Shown piece after piece: positions 39,010 through 52,436 of a stretch of 64,000 nucleotides of DNA. A program made the position numbers and the translations under genes. Source of the stretch: Octopus vulgaris (lineage: Eukaryota). Location: NCBI GenBank assembly GCA_951406725.2, contig OX597825.1:25048001-25112000 (forward strand), read 5' to 3'. The notes beneath the pieces were generated by a model, which worked only from the letters and a program-made list of their open reading frames with translations, did not search any database and had not been told where the DNA came from. Every line of letters begins with the position of its first letter. Within the stretch, counting starts at the first letter, position 1.

Positions 39010-39228
39010 CAGTGCTTTTCAAACTTTTTGCTGAAGTGGAACCCCAAGGAAACGTTCCACTGGCTCGAGGAACTCCTGTGCAATAATTTAATTGTCTTAT
39101 GCACACATATCTGCACAGGAGAATTAAAAATTACTGTCGATTTTAGCATTTTTGTAACTTCTTGCGGAACCTCTGGACTGTACTGGCGGAACCCTAAGGT
39201 TCCGCGGAACCTTGGTTGAAAACCACTG
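39010..39228. mobile_element. hAT-type MITE
   Basis: TIRs CAGTGCTTTTCAA / TTGAAAACCACTG; 8-bp TSD GTCTAAGA. Confidence 0.9.
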
Positions 39229-39294
39229 GTCTAAGACAATATGAATATAGATTAAACATGCTGAAAAACTACAAGAGATCTCCTATAGATACTC

Positions 39295-39540
39295 CTGGAA
39301 ACCTTGTTTCCAGGATGCATGTGTACAAACAGCTATGCTACATGGCAGTGAAACATGGGCTGTGACTGCTGAGGGCATGCGTAAGCTTGCAATGAATGAA
39401 GCCAGTATGGTCCGCTGGATGTGTAATGTCAGTGCACATACTCGACAGAGTATAAGAGCCTTGAGAGAAAAGTTGGACCAAAGAAGCATCGGATGTGGTG
39501 TACAAGAGAGAAGACTGTGCTGGTATGGTCAGGTGGTGAG
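39295..39540 (+). mobile_element. RTE LINE ORF fragment
   Basis: LHGSETWAVT...MVRWMCNVS...VQERRLCWYGQV, the post-RT region of RTE elements. Confidence 0.85.
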
Positions 39541-39920
39541 ACTCACTTGGCTTGTCGAGTCTTCTCAAGCACAGCATATAAGATCCAGGGATCAAAGTTT
39601 AGGAATATTTACCACTTCTGAGGTTCTACTTGCTATGAATCATGAAACACAACCAAAAACCAGCTTTTTTTATATAAGCAATCTCATGACTCCAATCCGA
39701 TACTCCTGTCCACAGCCTATAATCAATTTCCCAGACATACACATACCAAGCCTAATTAACTGTCTCCTACAGAGCTGTATCTACCCCAGAAAAACAAACT
39801 CATTGAAAACTGCACAAAGCTAAAAGGAACCCAAGTGTAGTAATTGTCCGATAAAAAGCTTAGCCGGCTGAAACTTTTAAATTATATTGTTGTCCCTCTT
39901 CTTGCAAAAGTTTTATACAT

Positions 39921-40092
39921 AGGCACAGGAGTGGCTGTGTGGTAAGTAGCTGGCTTACCAACCACATGGTTCCGGGTTCAGTCCCACTGTGTGGCACCTT
40001 GGGCAAGTGTCTTCTACTATAGCCTCGGGCCGACCAAAGCCTTGTGAGTGGATTTGGTAGACGGAAACTGAAAGAAGCCCGTCGTATATATG

Positions 40093-40144
<52 letters not shown>

Positions 40145-40360
40145 CATGTATGTTTGTGTGTCTGTGTGTGTCCCCCTAGCATTGCTTGACAACCGATGCT
40201 GGTGTGTTTACGTCCCCGGCACTTAGCGATTCGGCAAAAGAGACCGATAGAATAAGTACTGGACTTACAAAAGAATAAGTCCCGGGGTCGAGTTGCTCGA
40301 TTAAAGGCGGTGCTCCAGCATGGCCGCAGTCAAATGACTGAAACAAGTAAAAGAGTAAGT
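39921..40360 (+). mobile_element. tRNA-derived SINE family 1, plus-strand copy
   Basis: Same A/B boxes and tail as the family-1 copies. Confidence 0.9.
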
Positions 40361-40816
40361 ACCCTACAAAAACCGTTGTCTAATTCTCATTAAAGTGAAA
40401 ATACATATATAGGAAAGACTATAAAACTATATGTAAGCATGCATAAAGTTAATGACGCACAAGAATTTTATAATCTTCCCATACACACACACATATACTT
40501 AGATATGCAGATACATGTATTACAGACACACATAAACATTCATACACACTATATTCTACCCAAAGTTAAATAGGTCAATTTGGTCATTATTGAAGTGAGA
40601 TTGGTTTAAATTGGTAACTGCCAGCAGTTGCAAAAAGTATTATTATCAGAATATATTTTACTGCTGTGTTGTGGCCTGCTATCATGTTTCACGACCCTAA
40701 TGATAATGGATTCATAAACTGAAATCTACTGAGTGAGAGACTCTCTGGCTAAACATTAAAAAAAAAAAAGGCCAGCGTGGCTGCACCAAGCTAATTGGAA
40801 CAAGAGACAGATAGAC

Positions 40817-41193
40817 GGAAGGAAAGAAGGAAAGAAAGAGGAGTGAAGGAAGAAGAAAGAATGCAAAAAGAGGAGAAAGAGAAACAAAGGGGAAAGGAAG
40901 AATGACAGGAAAATGGAAAGAAAGAAAGAGAGAAAGAAAGGAAGGAAGAGAGAAAGGAAGGAAGGAAGGAAGAGAGAAAGGAAGGAAGGAAGGAAGGAAG
41001 AGAGAAAGTAAGGAAGGAAGGAAGGAAGAGAGAAAGTAAGGAAGGAAGAAGAAAGAATGTAAAAAGAGGAGAAAGAGAAACAAGGGGGAAAGAAAGAATG
41101 AAAGAAAAAAGGAAAGAAAACAGGGGAAAGGAAAGAAAGGAAAAAGGAGACAAAGACAGAAAAAAGAAGAAAGGAAGGAAGAAAGGAAAGGAA
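40817..41193. repeat. Polypurine (GGAA/GAAA)n tract
   Basis: Directly visible; source of the spurious S/F/L-rich ORFs. Confidence 0.9.
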
Positions 41194-41911
41194 GCTGATT
41201 GGATGAACTGGTGGCTGGATGTGGGTGGAAGGATGTGTGTGTATGGTGTGTGTGTTTATATATTTGTTTGCTGTATGTTCAATACAGTTGCAACACAGTT
41301 ATCTCTTTTACTTCTTACTTTCTTCGGTCATGCTGGGGCCATGCCTTGCCTGGCCTGGCAGGGTTTGCTCAAACGAATCGACCCCAGTACCAATTTTTGT
41401 AAACCTGGTACTCAACATCTCTGTCAAGAAGAAGTTGAAGAATTTCTTAAAAAGAAAAGAACTCTCTGGCCAAACAAAAAAGGTCGGCATGACCACACCA
41501 AACTCATTGGAACCAGTAAATAAATAAAGTAAGAAAAAAGAAGGAAAGAAGTAGAGGAAAGAACTCATAAGTGGTTGAGTATTCCAGATACATGTGTATC
41601 CTTAAAGGAAGCCTCAGGCAGGGATTAGGACCCCATACGAGAAATCCATATCAGGCCAATTACCCCATTAGGACAATTTTCCCCAACAACAACCCTCAGG
41701 ACAATTACCCACTCTCCAAAATATTAAGAAGTTTTAAATCATCATCTAAAGGTTCAAATTATATGCAATTCCTTGCAAATATTGTATCACATTTATGTTT
41801 CCATAATTGCTAATTACGGCATTAATAAGGGTTGAAACACCTAAATATTTCTCTCTAGATGGCTGTTTAGCAAATCCCGTCAAGGATCGAGTCTATAAAA
41901 CACATTGGTAT

Positions 41912-42141
41912 TTAACCCTTTAGCATTCAGATTATTCTATCAAAAGTAATGCTTATTTATTCACATAGTTTTAAATTAATCCTGCATTATCTTGTAGCTT
42001 TGAGATTTTGAAGAAGTAACTATTCATTTTTAGAATGATATAGTAGGGCTGGTGTGGGGGGGCCAGATCTGGCCAATTTGAACATAAAACAGGGGAGAAT
42101 ATTTTGGCTGGATGTGGCCGGTTTAAATGCTAAAGGGTTAA
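41912..42141. mobile_element. piggyBac-type MITE, second family (degenerate relative 26622-26787)
   Basis: TTAA-CCCTTTAGCATT...AATGCTAAAGGG-TTAA. Confidence 0.85.
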
Positions 42142-43918
42142 GCTGCAGAGCCAAATTTTGGGGAAAATTTTGGCTTTACCACACGTTGTGGTGCACCTGA
42201 GCACTGTATACAATAATTTCATTATTATTATCTCTCTCTATATAAACGGCAGTTTGTCTGTGCGTGTTTCTGTGTGTCTGTTTGCTTGTACCCTCACCCT
42301 GACCACGGCTTTCAACCGATTCTGATGAAACTTGACACACACATAGCCCAATGTCATAATTCAAAACTAACGCAGCGAAAATTTTGAAAAGTTCCCCCAC
42401 TTCTGAAAAAAATCGATAAATTCGACATGGGGTCGAGAATCAGGAATACGAACCACAAACTGTCTAGGGGGTGCAACTCTACCTTTTTTAAATCTGGGAA
42501 ATTTAGTATGTGGCTTAGAGAAAGGTGCACCTAATGTGTACTTTTTATAAAACTCAGGAGGAAAATGATTTGAGTATGGAGATTGAATGATTCCACTTTT
42601 ATCTGAGGAAAGGTCGGTTGGTGAACAGCGAGAAAGACTATTGCTACAGAACATTGGTGCCCAAAGCATATTTGTTTTGTTTTACCTTCATGTTTTGATA
42701 ATATTTTTAATCTGATAAAGAGTTTTATATTGACGAAATGTGTTTGTTGTTGATTATTTTAAGAAAAAATCATAACAATAACAATACATTTCATAGTTGT
42801 AAGATAAGGCATTTTGAAGCTACATACATGTCAACAACAAGAAAGCTAGCTGTGAACCCACAGCTTTATTGGTCTTTTAGATACTGGTGCTCTTTCGACA
42901 CCAGTGTGATTTATAATAATACTAGCAGTATCGCCCGGCGTTGCTCAGGTTTGTAAGGGAAATAACTATAAAGCATTTTTAGAGAGTTATAGCCAAAAAA
43001 TAGCAAAAAAATGGAAAATAGCAGCTTATATCCTGGAAAATACAGGACACATCAGGGGTTAACTGTTTAGAGGTAATTGTCCTAGGGGGTTGTTGTCCTC
43101 AGGGGTAACTGTCCTGGGCGGGGGGGTATTTTCCATGGAGGGTAAATTTCCTAGACTCGATAAACTAGACTGGAAAATGTAATCTACAGTGTGATGCTCC
43201 ATTAAGTGAAACTATGGTTTGTCTTGCACAGTGGGGCAAAGGATTCTCACACCATTTTGGAATTACTTAAATACAGGGCAAGGTGAATATATCGTCTAAA
43301 TTATACTAAAAATTGACACCCAAACACTCTGAAATGTTCATACTGAAGCTTCCAGCACCAAAGCCAAGCAGTACAGCATGTCATTTCCAAATTTCTAGCT
43401 GAGTGAATTGCGCCATTGCAGCATGGTGCTATTTTACTCAAAGATGGTGCCCAGCTGACCCTACTATACTGTGTAGTTGACAAAATCAAAAACAAATAAT
43501 GCGCATGCACGAAATAAAAAATATAAAATGGCAACAACTCATTCAGAGTTGACTTGAAACTAAAAGTTAGCCCAAAAGGATACTATGGATAGAACATGTT
43601 TGATACTCTTTTACTATTTTACTTGTTTCAGTCATTTGACTGCGGCCATGCTGGAGCACCGCCTTTAGTCGAGCAAATCGACTCCAGGACTTATTCGTTG
43701 TAAGCCCAGTACTTATTCTATTGGTCTCTTTTGCTGAACTGCTAAGTAACGGGGACGTAACCACACCAGCACCGGTTGTCAAGTGATGTTGGGGGACAAA
43801 CACAGACACACAAACACACACACATATATATACGATGGGGTTCTTCTCAGTCTATCAAATCCACTCACAAATCCTTAACCATTCAACCACACTGTTGCCA
43901 ACTGAATACATGAACAAT

Positions 43919-44348
43919 AGGCGCAGGAGTGGCTGTGTGGTAAGTAGCTTGTTTACCAACCACATGGTTCCGGGTTCAGTCCCACTGCATGGCACCTTGG
44001 GCAAGTGTCTTCTACTATAGCCTCGGGCCGACCAAAGCCTTGTGACTGGATATGGTAGACGGAAACTGAAAGAAGCCCGTCGTATATATGTATATATATA
44101 TATATATGTGTGTGTGTGTTTGTGTGTCTGTGTTTGTCCCCCCTAGCATTGCTTGACAACCGATGCTGGTGTGTTTACGTCCCCGTTACTTAGCGGTTTG
44201 GCAAAAGAGACCGATAGAATAAGTACTGGGCTTACAAAAGAATAAGTCCCGGGGGGGGGGGGGGATCGAGTTGCTCGATTAAAGGCGGTGCCCCAGCATG
44301 GCCGCAGTCAAATGACTGAAACAAGTAAAAGAGTAAAGAGTAAAGAGA
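43919..44348 (+). mobile_element. tRNA-derived SINE family 1, plus-strand copy next to an inverted partial copy (43606-43870)
   Basis: Same sequence family; opposite orientations ~50 bp apart. Confidence 0.9.
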
Positions 44349-45322
44349 ATGTATCTGACCTGGTGGCTAAGTAATGATGATAGAGACGAGTGTGTGTGTG
44401 TATGTGTGTGTTCGTGTGCATATCGTGTGTATGTGTGTGCGAGTGCATATCACTTCAAGGTCACTTGCCAGCTTTCTCTTCTCCTTTCCCATCACTTTTA
44501 GCTTTAGCTGTGATCATAGATGTGTGTGTGGTGATGGGGGGAAATAGGGGGCATTGGGTTTGAAAGCATTGTGGCCTTATTGTGCTTGTTCTCTCTTTCT
44601 CTGATGACACATTTCAGCAAAACAACTCAAACAATAAACTAAACTAAACTAAAATAAAATAAAATAAAACAAGTGCTTGTCAATGGTGAGTTGCTAATCA
44701 AAGCTGTTCTGATGTTGTTACAAAATGGATTGTGTAGGGTGGCAAGGGAACAGTCAAAGTCAGAAATAGAATCACTGATTTCAAATAAAGGGAATATGTG
44801 TGCAGAATGTTGTCATTATCAATGAGTAACCACATTTGTAATGGGCACTCGCTATGCATGCCTACCCTTACTCATTCAGTGCTTTGCCTACCATTAACGA
44901 ATTAGCTGCTAATTTTAACATGTCAAGTGACCTCACACAGGGTCCATCATTGGCACCATATATGCATGGAAGAATGCATCTATACATTCATAGCACCAAT
45001 GAGAAACCCTGTGTAAAGTCACTTGCATGTCTGTCTCCATATTGGGCAGGTAGGCAGGTATTTAATATGCTACAATCAGTAAATCAATAGAGAACCAAGC
45101 CTTCTTCTCTTGTCTTGCCTATTGACTTCCTCACATGCAGCATTCTTTAATGGCTTTTTGTTGTGGGGAAAAGTTCAAAAGACCAGTTGTAAAATGCAGT
45201 GAGCTTCAATGGCAACAGTTACTTCCTCGAAAATTTTATAAAAGATTTTGTAAGTCAATATTACTTTGCATTTACAGTCTACTAACTCTATCGTTCAATA
45301 ATCCATACACAAGAATAAGAAA

Positions 45323-45715
45323 TCTCTATACATATAAAGCCAAAGTTGTCTGTGTGTGGCAGGTTTCGTAGCCTTCAACTAACACTGTTTCCTCTGAGAC
45401 CCTGCAGCGTAAGTTGACCAAAATTGAGAGTATGATAGAAGAAGGCTTGCTCTTCCTTCTGTAGAAGAAAAAATTCAAATCAGACCATGTTAAGACCAAA
45501 AATTATTTACATCAAAAAGGTGCTTTTTTTCTATGAAAATCCCAATTTTTCAATGATTTTTTTACTGCTGTGTCAACATTTTTCAGTGTATTTCAACCAG
45601 AAAAATGTTCACTTAAAGAGAATAACAAGCTACATAATGCAAAATTTTTACTTTTCAAAAATTCCAATTCTGAAGGGTTGAAACAAACCCAAGCAATACT
45701 GGGCGATACTGCTAG
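45323..45715 (+). mobile_element. Non-autonomous Helitron-like element, second subfamily (inverted copy 27635-28023)
   Basis: 5' TC, 3' CCCAAGCAATACTGGG hairpin then CTAG; colinear with 27635-28023. Confidence 0.7.
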
Positions 45716-46022
45716 TACTATATATTTTATCTTTTATCTGTTTCAGTAGCTGAACTGTGATCATGCTGGGCATCATCTTGAAGAGTTTAGTCAAACAAAC
45801 TGTCCTCAGTATTTTTATCGGTCTCCTATGCCAAACCACTAAGTTATGTGGAAGTAAGCAAACCAACACCGGTGGTCAAGCAGTGGTGGTGGCAATGGAA
45901 CAAACAAAAAGACACACATACATACATTATCTGGTTGAAAGATTGCATAAATGACTCACAGCCCTAGAGTTGTTTATGTATCATGTCAGCTGATTAAAAT
46001 ACATATATATCCTCATCAATGT

Positions 46023-46541
46023 TTAACCCTTTCATTACCAACCCGGCTGAAACTGGCTCTGGCTCTGAGCACAAATGTCTTGTTTTCATAAGTTTTGAAT
46101 TAAAATCTTTCACAAAACCTTAGTCACAATTTATGATCCTAACACTAGCTGAATGACTACTAAGTTATTTTTACTAAATTCTTTGTTATATTTAAAGTAA
46201 TTGGAAGAAATACAGAGCATCTCAACAGAAATACAATAATGAAAGGGTTAAAGTGATCTAAGTTAAAAACCTTCCTTCAAAATTTTAAGTTAATTTATAT
46301 TACAAACACCTGCTTAACCCTTTTGATACCAACCTGGCTGAAACTGCCTCTGGTTCTGAATACAAATGTTCTGTTTTCATAAGTTTTGAATTAAAATCTT
46401 CCACCAAACCTTAGTCACAATTTATGATCCTAACACTAGCTGAATGACAACTAAGTTATTTTACTAAATTCCTTGTTATAATTAAAATAATTAAAAGAAA
46501 CACAGAGCATCTCAAAATAAATACGGCAACAAAAGGGTTAA
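46023..46541. mobile_element. Two piggyBac-type MITEs (46023-46251, 46314-46541)
   Basis: TTAA-CCCTTT...AAAGGG-TTAA termini; same family as 34013-34240. Confidence 0.85.
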
Positions 46542-47213
46542 CAGCCATGCTCCATGTTGGTTTGGGTTGGACAGTTTGACAGGATTCAATGGAACTGAGG
46601 ACTGCATCATATTCCAGATGTCTGCTTTGGCATGGTTTCTATGGCTGGATCTCCACCCTAACACTGACTCCTTTATAGAGTACACTGAGAACTTTTTTTG
46701 AGGTATCTGCTCTAATCAGATAATGTGGCTCATAAGTATAAAGAACACCTTCTAATGGGTATGAGTAAGAGACATGGGTAACAACTGTTAAGTAGAAGGT
46801 GCTCAATACAAGATGTTTGTAGAGTGATGGGCAGTAATTTTAACCAATGGTATACCAACAATTATGCTTGTTTGGGCAAACGACCAATACATCACATTGC
46901 TGCCTTTTATGACTTGCTACAGACCAATTATGACTGGATAATTTGAGATGTTGAAATATCCATTTCATCAGACAAAACTTGATTGGTTGATTTAAGATGA
47001 TGGAATATTGCATCTGAACTATGCAGCAATGAATAATGTAATTTATTTCAAAGGTATGTTTCTATGATGTAAATGAAATAATGCATACACGTCATTAATT
47101 GGAATTTCTGTATAATGCATGAGCTGCAACCAAAAAACTTTCTTATCTTGAAAACTGTGCATGACGTCAAAGAACTGTTTGTATTTTTGTATATTTTCCA
47201 TGAGTATCTTTCA

Positions 47214-48079
47214 TAGGCAATGGCATGAAGTAAAAGATGCTTTCAATTGGATATGTGAGAACTTCTTGGGAAACAAGAAGGCAATGGACTACAAGGCTGG
47301 CATCAAGAATCTTCTGAAATGTTATTCAGCAATGGGTTGTCACATGTCACCAAAAGTTCACTTCTTGGACTCCCATCTGGATTTTCTTCGCAGATAGCCT
47401 TGGAGCAGTGTCTGATGAACATGGTGAAAGATTTCACCAGAACATTAGTGCTATGAAGAAACAGTACCAAGGCTTCTGGAGAGACGGTATGCTGGCAGAA
47501 CCGTTAGCACGCCGGGCGAAATGCTTAGCGGTATTTCGTCTGCCGTTATGTTCTGAGTTCAAATTCCGCCGAGGTCAACTTTGCCTTTCATCCTTTCGGG
47601 GTCGATAAATTAAGTACCAGTTACGCACTGGGGTCGATATAATCGACTTAATACCTATGTCTGTCCTAGTTTGTCCCCTCTATGTTTAGTCCCTTGTGGG
47701 TAATAAAGAAATAGGTATGCTGGCTGACTACTGCTGGACACTTTACCGTGATCAACCAGATCAGGAACACCACAGGAAATCCAAATCATAATGTTTCTAA
47801 CTCTGTTGTTCAAACTTTGCTTTGTCTGACCCATTTTTTGTGTATTCACTCTTTGTAGAATGAAATTGATGATTTTTAACTCAATAAACTCATTTACTTT
47901 CTAAAGACAATATGTCCTTATTTATTGCGTTTCATATATACAAATATGTAAATATCTGCATGTATCTAATGAAAAAACCGATATGTGCTGCATACAAATG
48001 GAGTGAAATTTTGAAATCAGCATGAAAAACGAGTCTATAATAGTTGGTTTGCATTCATAATGAGTATAATAAACCAGTG
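47214..48079 (+). mobile_element. DNA transposon relic, probably CMC/Chapaev-like, interrupted by a SINE
   Basis: NFLGNKKAMDY...MSPKVHFLDSHLDF/FADSLGAVSDEHGERFHQNISAMKKQYQGFW..GMLA[SINE]DYCWTLYRD. Frameshift near 47385; possible terminal CAGTG at 48075-48079. Superfamily assignment is from memory. Confidence 0.7.
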
Positions 48080-48995
48080 TAATTATCTATCCATGTGTTA
48101 CAATATGGATCCTCGTTCACTTGTACGTTATTGTTGGCACTGTAATATTCTTGCTGCCACTATTATGGTACATGCTTAGATAAGTACATACACACATATA
48201 TGCACACTAACATAGTATACATACATACAGGGACAAAACCAGATATACATGCATGTACATATAAGGAAAGCCAAGTATTGAAGGGAATGCTGAAATTTGA
48301 AAATGCTATTAAGGAAATATACTTCATAATGTAAGAGGAGACGGTATAGATAAATAGGGAGGGGGAAGATAAAGCAAAGTTAAAAGAGAGAGTGGGGAGA
48401 GGAGCAGATGCGATTGGATGGATAAAGGAAGGGAAGAAAGAATGAATGGAGGAATAAAGGTTACTGGGAAGTAAGGATAAATAATAAAGAAAAAATAAAG
48501 AAAAAGTAAAGGATAATTTGCAGAAATTATTGTTAGGTGAGGGGTAGACACTATGTGAAAAAAGCAAAGGAATGTTTACATCTGTAAACTCGCTCTGTAA
48601 ACAAGTTCACCAGATTATGTTTGGAAAAGAGTATTGAAAATTGTTCCTCCATGCAAAGTGGATAGAAAGATTTCCCTTTGTCATAGGGAAATGATATAGA
48701 TAAAATTTTCCAGTGTAAAGAAAGTTTTCCAGTCTAAAGAAAAAAACTTGTTAGAGTCTTATTTAGGACATATTTTGGATGCATCCATCGAAACATATGT
48801 AGGAGATATGAAGATATAAATGATTTAATAACATCTTGAACGTTTGTCTCCATTTTCTATTTCTCTACTAAATACATCTTGTTTGTTCCCAGATTCAAAT
48901 CCCACACGTGTGTGTCCATTGTTTCCTAGGACACTTAAGCAACATTTAGCTACCTTGGAATTATTCCCTCGGATCCTTCCTATATATTGTACACT

Positions 48996-49033
<38 letters not shown>

Positions 49034-50387
49034 CATGTGTGAGTGTGTGTTACTATCACCTTGCCTTGATATCATGGGACAGTTGTAAATGATTGTCACT
49101 ATCATAAAAGTCATGTCCTTCATTTCCAATGTTCTGTGAAAATATGTCTGGCCATGGGGAAATATTACCTTACGCGGAGACAGGTGAGGGTTGGTGACAA
49201 GGAAGGATATCTAGCTGTAGAAAATCCCGCTCAAGAAAATTCAGTCCATGCAAGCTTGGAAAGTGGACATTAAGATGATGGTGATGATGATGATACGCAT
49301 TGTTGAATACCATTTGCATTTACCTCAATATTTGAGTTGCAAATATAAGAAATGACAGGTAACAGCCAGTATTTGTCATAGGTCATTGGCCGTTGAAGGA
49401 ATAAACAGTCAGACAATTAACTATAGATAAAAACAAGCAACTGTGGGTGTAAATGTTATCAGATGGTTACATGAACTCTTTTCATTACAAATGCAGAAAA
49501 CAGATAACAGATACTTGCCCGTTGGTGACTCACTTCTTATCAGGAATTAAATAACAAGCACCCCATTCACTAACAGGATTTACCCCAACTCTTCTGCATT
49601 ATCTGTGTCTGGTTCAAAACTTTAAAGCTGTTTTGCCATCATTGTTGATATGATTAAAGCTGAGAATTTTTACAGACGATGGAGGTGGGACAGGGTGGAG
49701 TTTGGTAGAGAGGGCTGTGTACAAGAGACAAGGTGCAGGAGAGTACCTCGGACAGACTCAACACAGGCAAAGAACAAACATACAAATTCTTTTGGTTGGG
49801 TAACAATGATGGGGTAGCCAGTGTAGGTATATCGTTCCACTACACTCTTGGAGTGGTTGGCATATTAGGAAAGGCATCCAGCCGTAGAAACCTTGCCAAA
49901 TTGGACTGGAACTCGGTGCAGCACTCCAGCTTACCAGTTTTCAGTCAAACCATCCAAATCATGCCAGCATGGAAAGCAGATGTCTGATGAGGATGATGAT
50001 AGAAATAGATAATAAAGGAAAATGAGGTTATCAAAATATGTGATTAAATAACTTAATTATAGACATTACAGTGACTATTATGTCTGCATATGCACTGGCA
50101 GTTGAACACAACTGCTTTTTTGAATCTATACTGTAAACTAACTCCATAACAAGCAACAGTAGACTCACTATCAAGGTCAGCAATTTTAGCAGCAATGTTG
50201 AACAATATCATGATGGCTGCTCTTGCATACATGGAGGTTACAGATGTGATGCAAAAAATTAGGCTGGACCACAGCTCCTAGAAGGATCAAAGTCTCTGGA
50301 GGGACCAAGGCTCTCTGAAGCAAACGACTTCAGGAAATTAAACAGCAATCTGATCACCTGGTAATCAGGTGAGCACACACTGTAGAC

Positions 50388-50606
50388 CAGTGGTTTTCAA
50401 CCAGGGTTCCGCGGAACCTTAGGGTTCCACCAGTACAGTCCAAGGGTTCCGCAAGAAGTTACAAAACTGCTAAAATCGGCAGTAATTTTTAATTCTCCTG
50501 TGCAGATATGTGTGCATAAGACTATTAAATTATTGCATAGGGGTTCCTCGAGCCAGTGGAATGTTTTCTTGGGGTTCCGCTCCAGCAAAAAGTTTTAAAA
50601 GCGCTG
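50388..50606. mobile_element. hAT-type MITE, same family in opposite orientation
   Basis: Reverse complement of 39010-39228; 8-bp TSD CTGTAGAC. Confidence 0.9.
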
Positions 50607-52131
50607 CTGTAGACACTTCATACTCACCAAGAAATGGAATAGATAGAGACAGATGGCTGAAAATACCAATTCTTTTTCTCGGAAGAGGAATATGCCACAT
50701 TGAGTGACACATTGTAAATTATGACTTCAAAATAAGAGTTAAATAGAGTCAAAGACAGAGGACAACCTGAAAAAAGAAGACATTAAAGGTAAAAGAGTCC
50801 TTGACTAGTCACAGACTCTGAGAAACTTGAGTCGACATATTTAACAGAATAGAGTAGGAGACAGGAACTTAGAACATAGAGGATCAGTGGCATTTTCTTT
50901 TTTGATGGCACACTAAAATCCCCTTCCCTTTGGCCTTCACAAAACAACAGTATGTTCTTTTTATTCTTGCTTGTTCTTGGAGAAATTCCCCAGGTAAGGA
51001 GAGAGATACGTACATCTGCCTTTACACTATGAATGTCTAAATCAACGATGGACTCTCCTGTCAAAGACAGCATATGAGTGATCAGCTTTCTTGTTGAATG
51101 ACCTGCACGAATGATTTGTTTATAGTGATCAAATGAATGTGCTGTACATTAACTCATTCATCATCATCATCATCATCATCGTTTAACGTCCGCTTTCCAT
51201 GCTAGCATGGGTTGGACGAATGACTGAGGGCTGGCGAACCAGATGGCTGCACCAGGCTTCAATCTTGATCTGGCAGAGTTTCTACATCTGGATGCCCTTC
51301 CTAACGCCAACCACTCCGAGAGTGTAGTGGGTGCTTTTACGTGCCACCGGCATGGGGCCAGTCAAGCGGTACTGTATGTCAGGTGTACCGTATGTCAGGT
51401 GTCAAAGTGATTGCACAACCATGTGAGATGAAGCGTTTTGCTTGAGAACAAAAGACACCACCCAGTCGAGGAATTGAAACCGTGATCTTGTGATCACGAG
51501 TGCAACACTAACTGTTAGGCCATACTGTCACTATTTTCAGCCAAAATCATTATCCTTTTCCTTTGTGTACCTGTCTAGTTGTTCAATGTTGCTACCTTCA
51601 GTCCTTTTTTGTTTTGTTTTTTTTCATTTTTGTTTTCACCTGTTCGGTGGCTCTTAGTTAAGACAGTATATCTGCAGACATAATGAAATCCACAATTACG
51701 TGGAAACAAAAAGCAATAGAAAAGTATGACACCAAACCAAACTGGTTACAGTTATCTAGAATATGCCTGTCTAGAATGACAGGCAAACTGAGGCAAAATG
51801 TCAAGATACAATTATCAAAGACAAATAGAAAAAAATCTCTGTATTCTGTTAGACATGCAGAGTCCTTCTGACCAAAACATTACCCAGGAATAGGTAAAGA
51901 GACTGTCAAAGGAGAAGGATTTTCGAATCAAACTAAGCAAGACGTAAACTATGAATTTGAAAACGGCACCAACAAATAATACTCGGAGTATTTTAAGAAT
52001 GATAGAGAATATGCAAACATAAAAACAATATCAGGGTTCATAACTGTACCAGGTACTAAAAGTAGCCCTTTTAAGCACACCTAACTTCCCATTTAAGATA
52101 CTTTCAATTCAATGGTACAACCCCCACCATT

Positions 52132-52436
52132 TTTTTGTTCCTTCTAGTGCCATCCCTGGCTCATTAGGGCCGGTTTCCCGGATTCCTTGGCGTATAGGTT
52201 CCCCACCTGGATGGGACGCCGGTCCGTTGCAGGTGAGCTGCAAGATGCAGGAGGAAAGAGTGAGAGAACGTTGTGGCGAAAAATTCAGCAGAAGTTCGCC
52301 ATTACCTTTTGCCGGAGCCGCGTGGAGCTTAGGTGTTTCGCTCATAAACACACATACACATCGCCCAGTCTGAGATTTGAACCCATGATCCCTCGACCGC
52401 GAGTCCGCTGCTCTAACCACTAGGCCATGTGCCTCC
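52132..52436 (-). mobile_element. SINE family 3 (tRNA head, V-domain-like body) with 13-bp TSD; relatives ~60066-60318, 1075-1188, 51410-51525
   Basis: TGGCCTAGTGG A box, GGTTCAAATCT B box, A tail. TSD AACCCCCACCATT at 52119-52131 and 52437-52449. Confidence 0.85.

Noticed and set aside
47413-47440. CTGATGA...GAAA resembling a hammerhead core
   Set aside because: It is the coding sequence of SDEHGERFH in the transposase relic, with no stem I or cleavage triplet in register.
49534-49659. Exon-like segment on minus strand (ctcag...gtgagt) with an ankyrin-like NNDGKTAL
   Set aside because: In-frame stops, including an immediate TAA in the SLC35A4 frame; no supporting neighbours. At most a cryptic or UTR exon.
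52364-52436. tRNA-like cloverleaf on minus strand
   Set aside because: Acceptor stem not paired; it is the head of a TSD-flanked SINE.
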